64,000 nt of DNA from an uncultured Gemmatimonadaceae bacterium (lineage in GTDB: Bacteria > Gemmatimonadota > Gemmatimonadetes > Gemmatimonadales > Gemmatimonadaceae). The translations under genes and the position numbers were made by a program. Location of the stretch: the NCBI GenBank assembly GCA_963817955.1, contig CAWFQK010000004.1, positions 704,001 to 768,000 of the forward strand, written 5' to 3'. Under the pieces are notes generated by a model. It ran no database searches, had not been told where the DNA came from, and saw only the letters and a program-made list of their open reading frames with translations. Positions 33,791 through 48,020 of this stretch are shown here, piece after piece; the first letter of the stretch is position 1, and the number at the start of each line of letters is the position of its first letter.

Positions 33791-34025
33791 CAAATCCTAC
33801 ATCGGAGGTGACAGCATCAGGAGGTTGTTACAAGCTCGGGGCGTTCGAGCTCGCAAGTGTGAGTGTCTCAGCAGCAACAACTTGCAACGCGACTGATCTA
33901 CCATCCGCCGCAGAGTTTTGTCATCCTTTCAAAGCAAGCCAAAGAGGTGGTCGACCACTTTTGTGGATTCACTTCCTCGAAAGCTGGCAAGTCGCCGAAG
34001 GGAGCGACGCAGTGACAACTAAGCC

Positions 34026-36956
34026 ATGGCCGACTATCCCATCAAATCACCCCGCAAGCTCATCGAGGTCGCGCTGCCGCTGGATGCGATCAATGCGGCT
34101 TGTGCGCGGGAGAAATCCATCCGGCATGGGCATCCATCCACACTGCATCTTTGGTGGGCGCGGCGACCGCTGGCGGCGGCGCGGGCGGTCATCTTTGCGC
34201 AGTTGGTCAATGATCCCGGCTACCAGCAGGGCGGCGGGTTCAAATACGGGAAGAACAAGAAGGAAGCCGCCATCGAGCGGAAGCGGCTGTTCAAAATCAT
34301 CGAAGACCTCGTGCTGTGGGAGAACACCACCAACGAGGAAGTGCTGGAGCGCGCCCGCGCCGAGATTCGCCGCTCATGGCGGGAGGTGTGCGAGCTGAAC
34401 AAGGACCACCCGCAGGCCGCCGAGCTGTTCAATCCCGACAAGCTGCCCGCCCTGCACGATCCCTTTGCCGGTGGCGGAGCCATCCCGCTGGAGGCGCAGC
34501 GGCTGGGGCTGGAGGCTTACGCCAGCGACCTCAACCCCGTGGCCGTGCTCATCAACAAGGCCATGATCGAGATCCCGCCCAAGTTCGCGGGCAGGCCGCC
34601 GGTCAGCCTTCTGCAAAGCCGCCAAGTCGCGAAGAAGAAGGAACTGGATTTGGAACGGGAATGGCCCGGTGCCACCGGTCTGGCGGAAGACGTGCGCTAC
34701 TACGGCGCTTGGATGCGCGAGGAAGCGCAGAAGCGCATCGGCCACCTCTATCCGCCGGTTGAAATCACGGCGGAGATGGCAAAGGAACGGCCCGACCTCA
34801 AACCGCTCGTCGGCCAGAAACTCACCGTCATTGCTTGGCTCTGGGCGCGGACGGTCAAGAGTCCCAATCCGGCGTTCTCGCATGTGGATGTGCCGCTGGC
34901 TTCAACATTCGTTCTTTCGAGTAAAGAAGGGAAAGACAGCTTACGTTCAGCCCGATGTCGCAAGGCGACAGCTACAGTTTCACGGTTAAGATTGGGCACT
35001 CCCGCCGGATGCGGCAAAGACTGGCACAAAGCTAAGGCGCGGATCGAATTTCCGTTGCATTGCTATCGGACGTCCGCTATCGACGCGAACTACATCCAAG
35101 CTGAAGCACAAGCGGGGCGAATGGGGACTAGGTTGATGGCGGTTGTTGCCGAAGGCGACCGTGGCCGGTTTATCTTATCACCACCCAGAGCATGAAGCCG
35201 TCGCAGCTACGGCAAAGCCCGAACTGGAAACCCGATTTGGAAGTTCCGACTCCTTGCCACGATGTGGACAGACTTCCGATGTATGGAATGCCGACATGGG
35301 GCGACGCTGTTCACTCGACGGCAATTGGTGGCGTTGACGACGTTTAGCCGACCTCGTTGCGGAAGCGCGAGAAGATCGTAAGATCGCTTGCAACGGATGT
35401 TACCGACGACGGGTAAGGGCATGGAGGCGTGGACAGTAGCGACAGCCTATGCCGAAGCTGTCAGCGTTTCTTGGCGTTCGCGGTCGAGCGAAGCGCGCAA
35501 CTACTGGTCAATGCACTTTACGCCATGGGCCGATGGTCTCAATGTCCAGAACCTTTTGGGAGACAGGCGATACCAATGATTTGGGATTTTGCTGAAGTAA
35601 ATCCGTCTTCTCGGATTCCGGTCTGGGAATTTCGCGAGTGGTGCCAATTGACTTGGATAGAGCGAGTAATTGCCAATGTCTACCGGCTCGTTCCGCGGGT
35701 TTGGCAGTTCAAGCTGACGCACAAACACAGACATCAGCCAAGAAAAGTCATTTCCACTGACCCTCCCTACTACGACAATATCGGCTACGCGGACCTCTCC
35801 GATTTTTTCTATGTCTGGCTACGCAGAGGCTCTGCGCCCAATGTATCCCGAATCTGTTTGCGACGATCGCGGTTCCGAAGGCTGAAGAACTGGTTGCAAT
35901 CCACTATCGCCACGGCGGCAAAGAAAAGGCAGAGGCATTCTTTCTTGACGGCATGACCGAAGCCATGAGCGAACTCTGGTCAATCAAGCGCACCCGACTG
36001 TCCCGGTCACGATCTACTATGCATTCAAGCAGTCCGAAACGAACGATGGATGCTGGCAACAGCTCAGCACAGGATGGGAGACCTTTCTTGGCGCGGTTCA
36101 TCGAGCAGGACTTCAATTAGCGGCACTTGGCCGATGCGAACAGAGCGCTCACAAGGACGTTAAGGCCAAGCTCGAACGCCCTCGCTTCCAGCATCATCCT
36201 CGTCTGCCGCAAACGCCCGCCGACGCACCCTCCATTTCCCGCCGCGAGTTCATCCGCGAGTTGAACGGCGTGCTGCCCGAGGCGCTCGACGAGATGACCA
36301 AAGGTTCCGGCGACGAGCGTTCGCCCGTGGCCCCGGTGGACCTTTCGCAGGCCATCATCGGGCCGGGCATGGCGGTCTTTTCCAAATACGCCGCCGTGCT
36401 GGAGGCCGACGGCTCGCCCATGAGCGTGCGCACCGCCCTCCAGCTCATCAACCGCTTCCTCGCCGAGGACGATTTCGACGCCGACACCCAGTTCTGCCTG
36501 CACTGGTTCGAGCAGCACGGCTGGACGGAAAGCGTCTTTGGCGAAGCCGACGTGCTGGCCCGCTCCAAATCCACGAGCGTGGACGCCATGAAGGAAGCCG
36601 GGGTGCTGCAAAGCGGCAGCGGCAAAGTGCGCCTGCTCAAGTGGGCCGAGTATCCCACCGATTGGGACCCGCGCACCGACACCCGCACGCCCGTCTGGGA
36701 AGCTCTGCACCAGCTCATCCGCGCCCTGAAACAAGGCGGCGAATCCGCCTCCGGCGCGCTCCTCGCCGCCCTCGGCGGCAAGGCCGAAGCCGTGCGTCAA
36801 CTCGCCTACCGCCTGTACACCCTCTGCGAACGCCTCGGCAAAGCCGAAGACGCCCGCGCCTACAACGAACTCATCACCAGTTGGACCGGCATCGAATCCG
36901 CCGCCGCCAGCGCGTCCGAAACCTGCCGACCGGCAAGGCGACGCTGTTTGAACTAA
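34026..36956 (+). CDS. DUF1156 adenine DNA methyltransferase (multiple frameshifts)
   Basis: [66 protein letters not shown]. Confidence 0.9.
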
Positions 36957-36963
36957 GTGAGCA

Positions 36964-39777
36964 ATGACTATGAGCCTGAAACCCTGGCGAGAAATCATCG
37001 TTCCCCACCCGGACGTGCTGAATGGCACGTTCCAACAATCCGAGTTCGCCGCCGACCTCACCGCCGTGCGCACCGGCAAGGCGACCCCGGAATACGGCGA
37101 CGCAAAGGCGTTTTACGAGCGCACCTTCATCACCGAGGGCATGGGGCGACTGCTCACCCAAGTGTCGCAGCGGCTCAATGGCAAGGGCGGCGAGCCGGTC
37201 ATCCAACTGCAAACCGCCTTCGGTGGCGGCAAGACGCACACGATGCTGGCTGTGTATCACCTGGCTCTCGCGCAAATGTCCGCTGGGCGACTTGTCTGGC
37301 ATCCCGGCGCTGCTCGATCACGCCGGATTGCTGGATGTGCCGCAGGCGCAGATCGCGGTGCTGGACGGCACCGCCCACGCTCCCGGCCAGCCGTGGAAGC
37401 ATGGTAAGCAGGCGATCCGGACGCTCTGGGGCGAACTGGCATGGCAGCTTGGAAAGGCGGAGGGCTTTGCGCTGGTGCAGGAAGCCGACGCCAACGGAAC
37501 GTCGCCGGGCAAGGATGTGCTCTGCACGCTGCTGGCTCGCTATCGCGCCGTGCGTGGTGCTGCTCGACGAGCTGGTCGTTTACATCCGCCAGTTCGTGGA
37601 GAGCCAACCGCTGAGCGGCGGCACCTACGACAGCAACCTGTCTTTCATCCAATCGCTGACGGAGGCGGCCAAGCTCGTGCCGAATGCGGTGGTGCTGGCT
37701 TCGCTGCCGGAATCCGACAGCCAGGCCGGTGGTCCGCGTGGCGTGGCGGCATTGAAGGCGCTGGAGGCGGTCTTCAACCGGGTGCAGGCGCTTTGGAAAA
37801 CGGTGGCACCCGAGGAAGCATTCGAGATCGTCCGGCGTCGCCTGTTTGAACCAATCCGCGATGCCAAGGCGCGTGACCAGGTGTGCCGGGCTTTTGCCGA
37901 CGCCTACGTGGCCGAAGGCGCAAAGGTGCCCGCAGGAAACTCAGGAGTCCCGTTACTTTGACCGGATGATGCAGAGCTACCCGATCCACCCCGAGGTGTT
38001 TGCCCAGCTCTATGAGGAGTGGACGACCATCGATGGATTCCAGCGCACGCGCGGCGTGCTGAAGCTGATGGCGAAAGTCATCTATCGTCTGTGGCAGGAC
38101 GACAACAAGGACCTGATGATTCTGCCCGGCAGTCTGCCGCTTTACGACGGAAGTGCGCGCAACGAGTTGATTTACTATCTCGGGCCCGGCTGGGATCCGG
38201 TGATGGACCGGGACATTGACGGCGAGCGGGCTGAGACCACGGTACTTGGAAGCCAAGGAGCCGCGATTTGGCTCCGTGCAGGCCGCCCGCCGCGTGGCGC
38301 GAACGGTGTTCCTTGGGCAGCGCGCCGTCTTCGGTGACCACGCAAGCCTGGAATCCGCGGCATCGACCGCGCGCGAGTGCTGCTCGGCTGTCTCCAACCC
38401 GGCCAGACTTCCTCTCTCTACTCCGATGCGCTGAATCGGCTGGCGGACCAACTCCACTACCTGAACTCCTCCGGCGACAAGGCGCAGGACGCGACCCGCT
38501 ACTGGTTCGACACCCGCGCCAATCTGCGCCGAGAGATGGAGGAGCGGAAGAAGCGGTTCGAAGACAAGAATGAAGTGCGCGGGCGAATGGCGGAGGTCGT
38601 CAAGAAGCTCGCCAGCTGGCGCCACCTTCTTCGACGGCACGCATATCTTCACCCCGCACGGCGACGTGCCCGACGATAGTGCATTGCGTCTGGTTGTGCT
38701 GGCCCCGGAGCAGTTTTATTCGCGCGAGGAACCGCGCCTGGCCGTTGAAGCCGTGCTCGACTATGTGCGGAACAACGGCACCGAAGCCGCGGTATCGCGG
38801 CAATCGCTTGATCTTCCTCGCGCCCGATCATGGAGCCCTGACACGACTGCGCGATTGCATCCGCGTGGCGCTGGCCTGGAACTCCATCGTCGAAGATGTT
38901 GCCGCCATGCGCCTGGTGCTGGACAATCTCCAAGCGCAACAAGCCAAGAAGGAACTGAAAGGGGCGGAGGACGTTTTGCCGCGAGTCGCCCGCGAATGCT
39001 ACAAGTGGCTGCTCTGCCCGGCGCAGGAGAACCCGACCGCCGCAAAGCCGACGGTGGAGGTTTTTCCTCTCAATACCGGCGGCGGCGGCTTTGGGACCTG
39101 AGATCGAGCGAGTGTGCATCGACAACGAACTGGTGATCGCGACCTGGTCGCCGATCCATCTGCGCGCTGAGTTGAAGGAACTTTATTGGAAGGCCGACAA
39201 GCCCGCCGTCGAGCGCGCTGGCTTTCTGGGAAGACACGCTTCGCTACCTATATCTGCCACGCCTGAAGAATCGCGACGTGCTGGCAGCAAGCCATCGTCA
39301 AAGGTGCCGGCAGCCGGGATTTCTTCGGCACCGCCTACGGGCAGCATGACGGCAAGTTCGACGGATTCAAGCTCGGTGACGCCAACGTTCAATTCGACGA
39401 CACGCTGCTGCTAATCGAGCCAGAGGCGGCGCTGGCAGTACGAGGCGGCGCATGCGCGGATCGATCCATTGGTCGTTATCCCGCCCATGCCTCTGTTCGT
39501 CTCACCGCTGACCGTCCAGCCTCCCTTACCGCCACCGATAACCACGAACCCGCGCGCATTCCACGGCAACGTGGTCATCAACGCATCCAGCGCGAAGATG
39601 CGGTTCGTGGAGCTTGCGGATGAGATTGTTGCCGTGCTTGCAGGGGATCCCAACGCGGACGTCACGATCACCGTGGAGATTCACGTGCAGTACCCGACCG
39701 GTGCGTCAGACCAGATCAAGCGTGCGGTGTCGGAAAACGCGAGAGCGCTCAAGTTCCGGAACGCCGACTGGGAGTGA
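36964..39777 (+). CDS. DUF499 AAA+ ATPase (multiple frameshifts)
   Basis: LKPWRE...[54 protein letters not shown]-terminal R.VSENA..LKF. Confidence 0.9.
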
Positions 39778-39783
39778 ACGCAA

Positions 39784-40053
39784 TCAATGGGCTCCGAAGC
39801 AGGCGTCCGAGCGGACATCGAGCTCCCGGCCGACTTGCGCGAGCGTCACCCCGAGCGCGCGCCGCTGGGCGACCCACCGCACCGCTTCAGCTTTGAACTC
39901 GGCACTGAACGCGCGTCGCTCCCCCCCACCCCGCCCTGCTCCTCCTGCCTTCCTGTTGGACCTCATGAGCCACCTCCACCCCGAACTTAGGGCGAGTAGG
40001 GCGTCCACGAAATCGGGTCAACTTCAGGCGCCCACGAAATCGGGGCGATCTCA
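39784..40053 (-). mobile_element. IS3-family left end and orfA fragment, plus a second adjacent IS end
   Basis: RRAFSAEFKAEAVR HTH; TGAAGTTGACCCGATTTCGTGGACGCCC end at 40026 and a related end at 40053. Confidence 0.75.
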
Positions 40054-40306
40054 GACCCCGAGGACCTCGTGAACGATGCGATCGAGAAGCTCATCGTGTC
40101 ACGGAAGAATGCTTGCTAACGCCGCCGTCGAGCGCCCGCTGCCGGCGGCGCAGCGTTCAACCGGCGCATTCCGCCGCCTGCCGTCGCCCAGGCCGTTGGC
40201 CCCCCGAACGGCGGGCCAGCGGTCCGAGTTCGCTGGAGTGCCGTTTCTTTTGGGGGGACAACAGACGAGCGAACTCGAAGCCATTTATCCCGGCCACGCT
40301 GCTACT

Positions 40307-41364
40307 TCAGATACGCCGCTCGGCGAGATACATCGCTCGGCGGCATCGGACCCCATTGAGGATCGTGTTGAGCTGATTGGCGACCTTCTCATCGTCGGTG
40401 TCGGAATAAAGAGTTGCGCAAGTCAATCCCGCCTTCTCCGTGAATCCGAAGCCGCCGCGAGCCTCAACTTCGTGTCGGAATCCCGCAGTGGTGATTTGCA
40501 TTTCCCATGTATCCAGGCGGATCCAGGCTCGATCGACTTGCGACCGCGTGAACGACGTCAAGACTTCGGCCTGTTCGGACAACCTTGCCGCGCCATCGTT
40601 GGGAAAGAGGGCTCGGCCCTGGTCGAACGCGTTCCATATTCTGGTGGAAACTTCTTCACACTGCCGGAACCTCGCCACCTGAACTCCCGGAACTACGGAC
40701 AAGTCCCGACCCCGCGTCAGCTTCAACCCGAATGCCCGTTGTTGCTCCGGACGGGCAGCGGCTGCCACCCAATCGGCTCGAACTCCACATTCTGGATAAG
40801 ACCTTCATACGCCCCCCACGGCGGAGTGCGATATATCACGCCCGGCTCCTCCGAGGTCCCAATCGGTCGATATTCCCGACCCGTCCGATCGAATCGGCAG
40901 ACAGCAAAGAAGGTCGCTACGTCGAAGTTGCTGGTGAAGTCCAGCATGCCAGTGGCAAGGCCGTAGTGCTGTGCCAACGATTGTCGGTCAATGCGCAACG
41001 GGCTGCCGAAGAAGGCGCACCGCTCCGCAACCCGCACGGCGGGAGCGCCCCCGATGGCATCCTCGAATGCAATGGTCCGGCACATTGCCACCAACCTCTC
41101 CGCTGGCGTCTTCAGGCGCGCCAATGTTGGAAGACAGGGCACATGCTCTTGCGATTCCCCGCGGTACATGTGCGGGGGGAACTCGACGCCGGATTGCAGA
41201 ATGACCTGGCCATCTTCATCCGTCACAGCGGTTAACCCTTCAATGTCATCCGTGACGATTCCGGATGGCGTAGTCAGCGGTCGCTGAACGCCCGTGTTCA
41301 CCAGCGCCACGTCAAGCTCATGACGCAAGAAATCAAGGTTGGGAAGACGATCGCTGTTCTTCAC
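40307..41364 (-). CDS. FRG-domain protein (frameshift near 40750)
   Basis: MYRGES, LAQHYGLATGMLDFTSNFDVATFFA; continues as RPEQQRAFG in another frame. Confidence 0.82.
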
Positions 41365-42017
41365 GTTGTTACGCCCTCAGGAATTCAACACTCGCTCCGG
41401 CTCCCCGCGGGGTTCTCCCGAACCTTCTCTGCCACCTATGGGGGAGACTTCGATCTTCCCGGAGTTTAGCGTATGACGGTGATTCGGGATGTTTCCATTT
41501 CGGGTACTCTTGCTCCTACCCGGATGTTGGTTCAAGATGTGGGCGTGCGTCTGCGAAACGCGACCGCCGCCGCTTCACCGTCGCCTACGAGCTGCGCATG
41601 CTCCAGGAGGCCGAGCGCTGTCGCGCGCCCGGAGAAGTCGGCGCGTTGCTCCGGGAGTCGGTCCGGCCGCGGTTGATGGCGCGGGGAACTTGACGTGCAG
41701 ACGCTACGGCTAATTAGCTGCGCGGGCGGATCGTTTCGAGTCCACGGTTCCAATTCCTTTCTTGCTGCGATGAAACGTCGCGTCGGCGCGCGATCGCTTA
41801 CTTCATAATTGGCGTTGCTTGCTGGCAAGCGGTTTCATCGTGGCGCGCCGAGCAGCCGATTGGCACCGTCGGCAGTGTGCGTTGTCCAAGATGAACCGAG
41901 GTCAAGCAGACTGAAATGGCAACAGGATGCCGAGACCGGCACCCTGTTGCTACACCAGTTGCTACATCGCACCAGAATTCCCTCAAACAATCGCATGTAA
42001 GTCGTTGTCGCACGAAG

Positions 42018-42091
42018 TAGCAGGGGAGGGACTCGAACCCTCGACCCCGGCATTATGAGTGCCGTGCTCTAACCAGCTGAGCTACCCTGCC
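42018..42091 (-). tRNA. tRNA with CAT anticodon (elongator Met or Ile2)
   Basis: Cloverleaf GGCAGGG-TAGCTCAGCTGGTTAGAGC-CGGCA CT CAT AA TGCCG-GGTTCGAGTCC-CCCTGCT A; no encoded CCA. Confidence 0.95.
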
Positions 42092-42191
42092 CCACTGCAG
42101 GTCCCGACCCTCCCAATACTCCGGACAAGCGGCCGAGCTCTGCCTATTACCTGAAACAAACCGGCCGGCCCTTGCGGACCGGCCGATTCTA

Positions 42192-42265
<74 letters not shown>

Positions 42266-42327
42266 CCAGTCCTTAAAAAATAAATCAGGCGGCCACAGAG
42301 TCAACCCAGCCGAGCGCTTCCATTCGT

Positions 42328-44695
<2,368 letters not shown>

Positions 44696-44696
<1 letters not shown>

Positions 44697-45625
44697 CAGC
44701 GCGAAAAGTGATCGTAGCCCGAGGCATTCGCAACCGGAGCACCATGAATCTTCACGCCCTCCGTGTCTGCGACGACCCGTCCGATCTCGCTGAGTGGAAT
44801 GCCGAATCGGCGCTCGAACGCATTTGCGTCGAATGGCGTCGGCGTCGTGACGACGATCTCGTACTCTTCGCCGCTCGCGATCGCCTGGTCCACGCTCACG
44901 CCGCTCTCACAGGGAATCCGCGCCGCCTCTATCACCATGCCGTGGCCGCACGCGCTCGCGAGGTGGCGAAGATCGGCCGCGAGACCGTCGGAGATGTCGA
45001 TTGCCGCCGATGCACCGGCATCGGCCAACCACCGGCCTTCGGCAATGCGCGGTATCGGGTGCGCAAAGCGATGGCGGTGTTCGCCGGCGTCCAATCCGGC
45101 AGAGAGGCGGCGCACGGTGTCGCCTGGGCCCCCAAGTCGCCCGGTCACGTACACGGCGTCCCCAACGCCCGCGCCGGCACGCCGCAATGGTGAGAAGCAG
45201 GCGCCGAGCACCGTAGTCGTGATCGATAGCTCGGACGCATCGGCAGTATTCCCGCCCAGGATCTGCGTGTCCACGGCCGCCGCCGCATCACCAATCCCCT
45301 TGCCGATGTCAGGCAATTGGTGCCGCCAGGCCACCGGCACCGCGAGCGCGACAAGGATACCCACTGGCCGCGCTCCCATGGCCGCGAGGTCGCTGAGCGC
45401 GGCAGCCACGGCCCGATAGCCGATCTCGCGCGGCGTGAGCCACGCCGGGCGGAAATGACGCCCTTCTACAAAGCTGTCGACGCTCGCAATGAGTGAGTCG
45501 CCGCGCGGAAGTCGAAGTACGGCAGCGTCGTCGCCAATGCCCTGCGCACGGTCGCCCCAGCCGTCCACCAGAGCGCGAATTGCGTCGAACTCCTTGCCCG
45601 GACCGAGTGGCGTGATGTCGCTCAT
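44696..45625 (-). CDS. thiL: Thiamine-phosphate kinase
   Basis: GIGDDAAV, EGRHF, LSDLAAMGARP, IDISDGL, GEEYE. Confidence 0.95.
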
Positions 45626-47187
45626 CAGCCTGGGCCGACGTTCGGCAGCTCGGCGAGCACCGGGTACCGCGACGGCCGAGTGTCGAACGTCCAGACACGG
45701 CGCAGTTCGTTCACGATGTCGTCGAGCACAATGCCGCGCACAACGCTCGGCTCGTTGAACGACACGCGCTCGGCGGCCCGTCCATGCACCCAGGCGGCGA
45801 CGGCGCCGGCGACGAGCGGGTCATCTGATTGGCCGAGGAGCGTGCCGGCAATGCCACTCAACACGTCGCCGCTACCTGCGGTAGCCAGGGCCGGCGTGCC
45901 GCTGGCGCTCACCAATCGGCGCCCGTCAGGCGCGGTGATCACCGTAGGAACGCCCTTCAGCAATACGGCAGCGCCGAGCTTTGAGGACACCGAACGCGCT
46001 GCCTCGAAACGGGTGGCGAGTACGTGGTCCACGCTGTCGCCTGAAAGTCGCGCGAACTCGGCCGGGTGCGGCGTGAGCAACGCCTGGCGGCCGGCGAGCA
46101 GGTGCGCCAGTTCGGGCCTGCGGCCCTCGAACAACGTGATCGCGTCGGCATCGAGGAGCGTCGGTCCGGTGAACGCGTGCAGCACGCGGCGCAACACGTC
46201 TTCGCTCTCGGTGGTGCGACCGAGTCCGGGTCCAATGATCACCACGTCTGCCCAACTCGCGATGTCGCGCACGGCACCAGCGTCGTCCAGCGGCCAGGAC
46301 GCGGCCAGCGCGTACGGCTCGGCCTCCTGCACCCGTGAGAGCGAGGTAGGAGCGACGATGAGCTTGACCATGCCCGCACCGCTCCGCAACGCTGATCGGG
46401 CCGCGAGAATGGCGGCGCCGGCCATTCCGTTCGCGCCGCCAATGATCGCGACCTTCTTTCGCGTTCCTTTATGGGCGGACGGGTCGATCGCCGGAACGTG
46501 CGCACCAACCCAGGCTTCGTCCACGAGTTGCGGAGCGCCATCGCCCGGCGTTGAGTGCGCACCCAGTCCAATGTCGAGCACGACGATGTCGCCGCAGGCG
46601 CCGCGGTTCACGAGGTGGCCGCGCTTTGCCGTGCCGAACGTGAGCGTCAGGTGGGCGTGCACGAAACATCCGCTGGACACGCCAGTACTAGCGTCCATGC
46701 CGCTCGGCACGTCCACGGCAACGATGGTGGCGCCGCGGCTACGAATGGACTCCAGGCCGCCAATGACACTGGCGATCGCCCCGCGGGGCGCACCGGTGGC
46801 CCCCGTTCCCAACAATGCATCGACGACGAGTGCTTCACCGCCGTCGAGTGGTTCGGTACTCGCGGTGACGCCAGGCTGCTCGAGAGCGAGCGTGCGCTCG
46901 GCGCGCGCGTCGTCGGTCTTCGCCTCGACAGGCTCCACGACACGAACGCGAACGCCGACGGCCCCGAGCGCACGGGCAATGACCCAGCCGTCTCCGCCAT
47001 TGTTACCGGGGCCGGCGAGTACCAACACGCCGCTTGCAAGCTGCTCGCGGTAGCGTAGCGCGATCTCGCTGGCGGCTGCCGCTCCGGCGCGCTGCATCAG
47101 AGCGCGCGACGGCGTACCCGCGGCAATGGCCGACGCGTCCCGCGCCGCCGACTCCGAGCTGGTGACGACGTGGACGAGGGTCCGCAC
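45625..47187 (-). CDS. nnr: Bifunctional NAD(P)H-hydrate epimerase/dehydratase
   Basis: GPGNNGGDG, DALLGTG, AVDVPSG, GPGLG, DADA, TPHPAEFARL, ATAGSGDVL. Confidence 0.95.
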   Translation of the reverse strand: MRTLVHVVTSSESAARDASAIAAGTPSRALMQRAGAAAASEIALRYREQLASGVLVLAGPGNNGGDGWVIARALGAVGVRVRVVEPVEAKTDDARAERTLALEQPGVTASTEPLDGGEALVVDALLGTGATGAPRGAIASVIGGLESIRSRGATIVAVDVPSGMDASTGVSSGCFVHAHLTLTFGTAKRGHLVNRGACGDIVVLDIGLGAHSTPGDGAPQLVDEAWVGAHVPAIDPSAHKGTRKKVAIIGGANGMAGAAILAARSALRSGAGMVKLIVAPTSLSRVQEAEPYALAASWPLDDAGAVRDIASWADVVIIGPGLGRTTESEDVLRRVLHAFTGPTLLDADAITLFEGRRPELAHLLAGRQALLTPHPAEFARLSGDSVDHVLATRFEAARSVSSKLGAAVLLKGVPTVITAPDGRRLVSASGTPALATAGSGDVLSGIAGTLLGQSDDPLVAGAVAAWVHGRAAERVSFNEPSVVRGIVLDDIVNELRRVWTFDTRPSRYPVLAELPNVGPG

Positions 47188-47206
47188 GTGATGATCGAGT
47201 GAGCCG

Positions 47207-47404
47207 CTACTTCTGCGAGATCCCGATGGTGCGCCCGTAGCTCAATTCACCGTTGTCGATGCGGAGATTGAAGCCACAGTCGGGATTCGTGCACGCCCAC
47301 GCCTTGTACGTGATCGGGGCGCCGTCGCGACCGTAATCGCTGAGCGGCAGCAGGATTCCCGTGCTGCACTTCTGACAATTTGGCCATTCCAACGGAGTAT
47401 CCAT
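47207..47404 (-). CDS. Small zinc-ribbon hypothetical protein
   Basis: CxxC...CxxxxC; lies within the operon. Confidence 0.75.
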   Translation of the reverse strand: MDTPLEWPNCQKCSTGILLPLSDYGRDGAPITYKAWACTNPDCGFNLRIDNGELSYGRTIGISQK

Positions 47405-47409
47405 AAATG

Positions 47410-47796
47410 TCAGACCTCGAGCGCGCTGCACCAGGGATACTCGCGCTCGAATGCCTGATCGAAATCAAACACGTCGACGAACTCGCTCCGGGTGTCGGTG
47501 GGCTGGCTCATGAGCAAACCGAGATCGACGAGGGTGAACACGACGGCGCCGATGTCGCCACTGGTCCGCATTCCCCAGTGCTCGAGCACTGGGCGCGCCA
47601 TGACCCCGAACCGATCGAGGGCCATATCCCGGCAAGCCAACGCGAGCTCTCGCCCCGTGATATGACGGCGCTCATCGAGCCGTTGCTGGCAATACTCGAG
47701 GGCGGCGAGTACGAACAGATACGCGCGCTCGTCGAACCGCGGCTCGTGCAGCCGAATACGGTCCATGATGCCATCTCGAAATGCCAGTTCCGCCAC
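47410..47796 (-). CDS. Minf_1886-family protein
   Basis: AYLFVL.AL...RHITGREL...A...FG.MA..VL..WG...DIG.VVF.LV. Confidence 0.8.
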   Translation of the reverse strand: MAELAFRDGIMDRIRLHEPRFDERAYLFVLAALEYCQQRLDERRHITGRELALACRDMALDRFGVMARPVLEHWGMRTSGDIGAVVFTLVDLGLLMSQPTDTRSEFVDVFDFDQAFEREYPWCSALEV

Positions 47797-48020
47797 CGCG
47801 TGCCTCGCTCCAACCGTTATATGAGGAACGGCGGGACTACGCGCGTCCCGCCGACGACAGGAAATTGACGATTGGACGCCGCCTCCACAACTCCCTTGAC
47901 GGAATGTGGGTAGGCAGCATGCCGGGCTCGCTGCTAGATTACCCCCCGCTGGCGAAGGGCCGGACCCCGTACCAAGGGGATGGCACGCGCCGCGCCGGTC
48001 CACCAGTCCTCCATTCGAAT

